DNA of 64,000 nucleotides, from NCBI RefSeq assembly GCF_965218915.1, contig NZ_OZ244711.1, positions 8,529 through 72,528 on the forward strand. Reading direction: 5' to 3'. This DNA is from Novosphingopyxis sp. (GTDB lineage Bacteria; Pseudomonadota; Alphaproteobacteria; Sphingomonadales; Sphingomonadaceae). Positions 61,756 through 64,000 of the stretch are shown here, piece by piece (the first letter of the stretch is position 1; each line of letters begins with the position of its first letter). Position numbers and translations under genes: made by a program. The notes below the pieces were generated by a model. It was not told where the DNA came from. It did not search any database and saw only the letters and a program-made list of their open reading frames with translations.

Positions 61756-62797
61756 GGCCGGCGCTCCTGAGCACGCGCCTGACACCGGGCGAGACGGTTC
61801 CGGTGCCCGGATCAGCCAAGCCGCCCGTCGCGGGGTTGATACCGGCCGGGTTGTAGGCGCGGTTGAAGATGTAGAGCGCGGTCTGGCCTGAGTAGAGATG
61901 CATCTCCTTGGCCACCCGCGGCACGACAAGTGTGTCACCGCGCATGAAGGGAATGAGCGCCTGCTCCTTGCCATCCGGTCCGAGCACGAACACCGAGGGC
62001 GGCCGAAGCTGGCCCTGGTAGCGCAGGAACGTCATCTGGCCGTTGTCGCACACGGACACGGGGGCGATGGCCGCGCTGCCCCAACCGACGTAGCGAGGGT
62101 TGCAGGCCGGGCCGAGTTCGCCGGCTGTTTCCGGACCGGTGCCGGCGGCAGCAAGGGAGGTGCGCGCCTGCGCTTCACGAGCGGCAGCTTGGCGCTGTTG
62201 CGCCAACGCGATCCTTACTTGGGAGGCGGCCTGAGCTTTCATTGCCTGCTCGGCGCGCTCGACTTCACTGTTTTTCACGATTAGGCCGAACGTGGCCTCC
62301 GGGGCGTCCTCACTCCCCGCCGTCCCTTCGGCACGTGCGCCCGCGCCGGTCGAGGCAAGCGAGGCAGTGACGCCGGAGGGCTCCGGCGGCGCCGGAAGCG
62401 CGGTCAGGTCGAACTGGTAGGGGTATTCGTGGCCATCCGCGTCCACTGTGGTGACGACGAGGTTCGTGTGGCCGGGCTGCACGGGCCAGAGAGGCAAGTT
62501 GTTCTTGAGCGCCATGGCCTGACCGTTGCCGCTGGCTTGCGGACCTTCCCAGATCCCTGCGGTGCCGAAAGCGACCCGGTAAATCGCTTCCTTGGGGTTG
62601 AAGGTGATGTTCGCGACGCGGCCGACGACTCCTGTCAGCCGAATGCGCTTGAGCGGCGATGCGGTCACGGCCTGCATGTGATCGGTAGGACCGGCTGTTG
62701 GCTGCGGGGCAGGGGAGGTGGCGCCGAAGACAGCGGCAGGGGTCGCGAAGGCGGTCCCCGCAGCGAGAGCGAAGGAAAGCGATGCCCGCGTGGTCAT
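61745..62797 (-). CDS. virB9: VirB9/TrbG/CagX-family T4SS protein
   Basis: Start ATG 62797 (ATGA overlap with virB8). Signal peptide, NLVVTTVDADGHEYPYQFDL, and C-terminal DNGQMTFLRY...LVVPRVAKEMHLYSG. Confidence 0.8.
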   Translation of the reverse strand: MTTRASLSFALAAGTAFATPAAVFGATSPAPQPTAGPTDHMQAVTASPLKRIRLTGVVGRVANITFNPKEAIYRVAFGTAGIWEGPQASGNGQAMALKNNLPLWPVQPGHTNLVVTTVDADGHEYPYQFDLTALPAPPEPSGVTASLASTGAGARAEGTAGSEDAPEATFGLIVKNSEVERAEQAMKAQAASQVRIALAQQRQAAAREAQARTSLAAAGTGPETAGELGPACNPRYVGWGSAAIAPVSVCDNGQMTFLRYQGQLRPPSVFVLGPDGKEQALIPFMRGDTLVVPRVAKEMHLYSGQTALYIFNRAYNPAGINPATGGLADPGTGTVSPGVRRVLRSAGRGR

Positions 62798-63528
62798 GCG
62801 TCTCCGCTCCGATAGTCGAGGCACTGGAAGCCGGTCAGGTTAAGCGACCGGTCGTCGTCGCTGACGGCCGCCAGGTCAGGACGCCAGACGAAGGTCACGA
62901 CGGCTTCGTAGGGCTTGGCGGCGAGTTGCGCGCCGCCGACGATTTCAGTCCGCTGGAACGTCACGCGCCAGACCTGGGCGTCGCCGGATCGTCCCAGCGG
63001 CCAGAACTGGAACCTGTCCACCACGACGCTGGTCTGGTTGCGGTATTTCGCGGCCGGCGAGCGCGGATTCTTGGGCGAGAGCTCGTCCGCGAACCGGGCC
63101 TGCATGGCTGGGTCGGACATCACCGCGATCTGGTGAAAATTGAGCGCGTAGGCGTCCGGGATGTAGGTCTCGGCCGCGGCGATCAGCTTGCGGAGGTCTG
63201 CCTTGGCCTGTTGCTCGCCAAACAGCGTCCGTGGTGCATCCTTCGCCAGCACGGACGGAGCGACTTGCTGCGAACCGAGGTCGAACGGCACGAATTTCAC
63301 CTCCGTCGTCTTGAGCGGGAAGAGCGACGCGGCGGCGACGATGCCAGCAACACCGATGAGCGTGCCGGCGGCGCCGACGATGTAGCCGCCGACGCGAATC
63401 GCGCGGCGGTTGGCCCTGATCTCCTGGTCGAGCGCCTTGCCCTGCTCGTAGAACTCCTGGCGATCTTCCGCTTCGAGTTCTCCGGCGGCAGTCCAGCCGC
63501 CCGGCGGCGAGGGAACGGCGCCACTCAT
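62794..63528 (-). CDS. virB8: VirB8-family T4SS protein
   Basis: 244 aa. A single TM segment (GYIVGAAGTLIGVAGIVAAASLF) followed by an NTF2-like periplasmic domain (..YIPDAYALNF..VVVDRFQFWP..VWRVTFQR..). Confidence 0.8.
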   Translation of the reverse strand: MSGAVPSPPGGWTAAGELEAEDRQEFYEQGKALDQEIRANRRAIRVGGYIVGAAGTLIGVAGIVAAASLFPLKTTEVKFVPFDLGSQQVAPSVLAKDAPRTLFGEQQAKADLRKLIAAAETYIPDAYALNFHQIAVMSDPAMQARFADELSPKNPRSPAAKYRNQTSVVVDRFQFWPLGRSGDAQVWRVTFQRTEIVGGAQLAAKPYEAVVTFVWRPDLAAVSDDDRSLNLTGFQCLDYRSGDA

Positions 63529-63689
63529 GGACGCCCCGCGGTCGCGATAACGTCGAGATCAGCGGTCGTGGGTTGCCACTGGCCCGGATTGAACGCGAAG
63601 GGAGTGCCTTCCGGCTTGGGCAAGCCTTGGCCCGTGCACGCGGTGAGAACCAGGGCGGCAAGGGCGAGAGTGAGGGCGCGGCGAACCAA
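63525..63689 (-). CDS. VirB7-like small lipoprotein (54 aa; below the ORF-track cutoff)
   Basis: TTG start 5 nt after AGGAGG. (M)VRRALTLALAAALVLTAC is a lipobox. Stop overlaps the virB8 ATG (ATGA). Confidence 0.5.
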   Translation of the reverse strand: MVRRALTLALAALVLTACTGQGLPKPEGTPFAFNPGQWQPTTADLDVIATAGRP

Positions 63690-63857
63690 CGGGACCTCCT
63701 ATGACTTGGCAGACGAGAGGGAACGGCGTGCCGCGGCGATCGCGCCGGAGCTGGCAGACCCGGCCGCACTGGCGCCCGCACGTGCGGTGTTGGCGGTGCG
63801 GGAGGCGAGAGCGGTTGCCGTAGTGGGGATGCGTGGGAGTTTCTGCAGCCGTGTACG

Positions 63858-64000
63858 CTAAGGGGTTGGCTGTGGGGTATCCGGCATGAGGGCGAGTTCG
63901 CGGTAGAGCGTTGATCGGCCGAGGCCGATTTGGCGCGCGGCGGCGCTGGGCGATAAGCCGCTACGGATCAGGGTTAGCGCCGCCTGCAACTTCTCTTCGT
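63858..64000 (-). CDS. C-terminal HTH end of a resolvase/invertase-like protein (partial, enters from the window edge)
   Basis: Minus-strand frame ...EEKLQAALTLIRSGLSPSAAARQIGLGRSTLYRELALMPDTPQPTP*. GRSTLYR is typical of the serine-recombinase C-terminal HTH. Confidence 0.45.
   Translation of the reverse strand, partial: EEKLQAALTLIRSGLSPSAAARQIGLGRSTLYRELALMPDTPQPTP

Noticed and set aside
1-64000. tRNA, rRNA, tmRNA, riboswitch or retron/DGR signatures.
   Set aside because: I saw no cloverleaf-like conserved tRNA arms, no rRNA-like stretches, no reverse transcriptase ORF and no template/variable repeat pair. Absence is by visual inspection only and should be confirmed with tRNAscan-SE and Infernal.

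Overview
This 64-kb, visibly high-GC window reads as a mosaic conjugative plasmid, or an ICE carrying a plasmid replicon, with an alphaproteobacterial-type backbone. All calls come from reading the ORF translations and the DNA by eye. No searches were run, and start codons are best guesses.

Layout:
(1) 1-9.4 kb: a beta-class DNA methyltransferase with an overlapping downstream ORF. This is followed by a plus-strand backbone block: DUF932, a 706-aa ParB-like protein, a Toprim protein, a SLOG/DUF2493 protein and an SRAP (YedK/HMCES-type) peptidase.
(2) 9.7-39.3 kb: accessory cargo.
- GntR and AraC regulators and an MDR oxidoreductase.
- A minimal Tn3-family transposon with perfect 38-bp IRs and a 5-bp target duplication.
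- A cupin / carboxymuconolactone-decarboxylase (CMD) paralog / beta-propeller cluster.
- A sensor-less HisKA_2 kinase followed by an MFS-HlyD-NodT efflux operon.
- cyoABCD.
- An amylo-alpha-1,6-glucosidase family gene.
- An oxalate decarboxylase, OprO/P-type porin, YdeP-type molybdoenzyme and GMC oxidoreductase block.
(3) 39.3-46.3 kb: gene debris, two DUF736 paralogs, a truncated tyrosine recombinase coupled to an unknown ORF and an orphan ScpA-like kleisin, and a serine recombinase.
(4) 46.4-64 kb: parA plus an RHH partner gene, an iteron-flanked repA, a StbAB-like pair, a candidate oriT, a MOBF (TrwC-like) relaxase, and virB7-like/B8/B9/B10/B11/virD4.

The most interesting unexplained signal is a multi-copy structured non-coding element (5 copies) in front of backbone genes. 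It has a 20-bp stem supported by compensatory changes and an invariant 35-nt box. Its copies also sit at the junctions of the cargo insertion. No tRNA, rRNA or CRISPR array was recognised.
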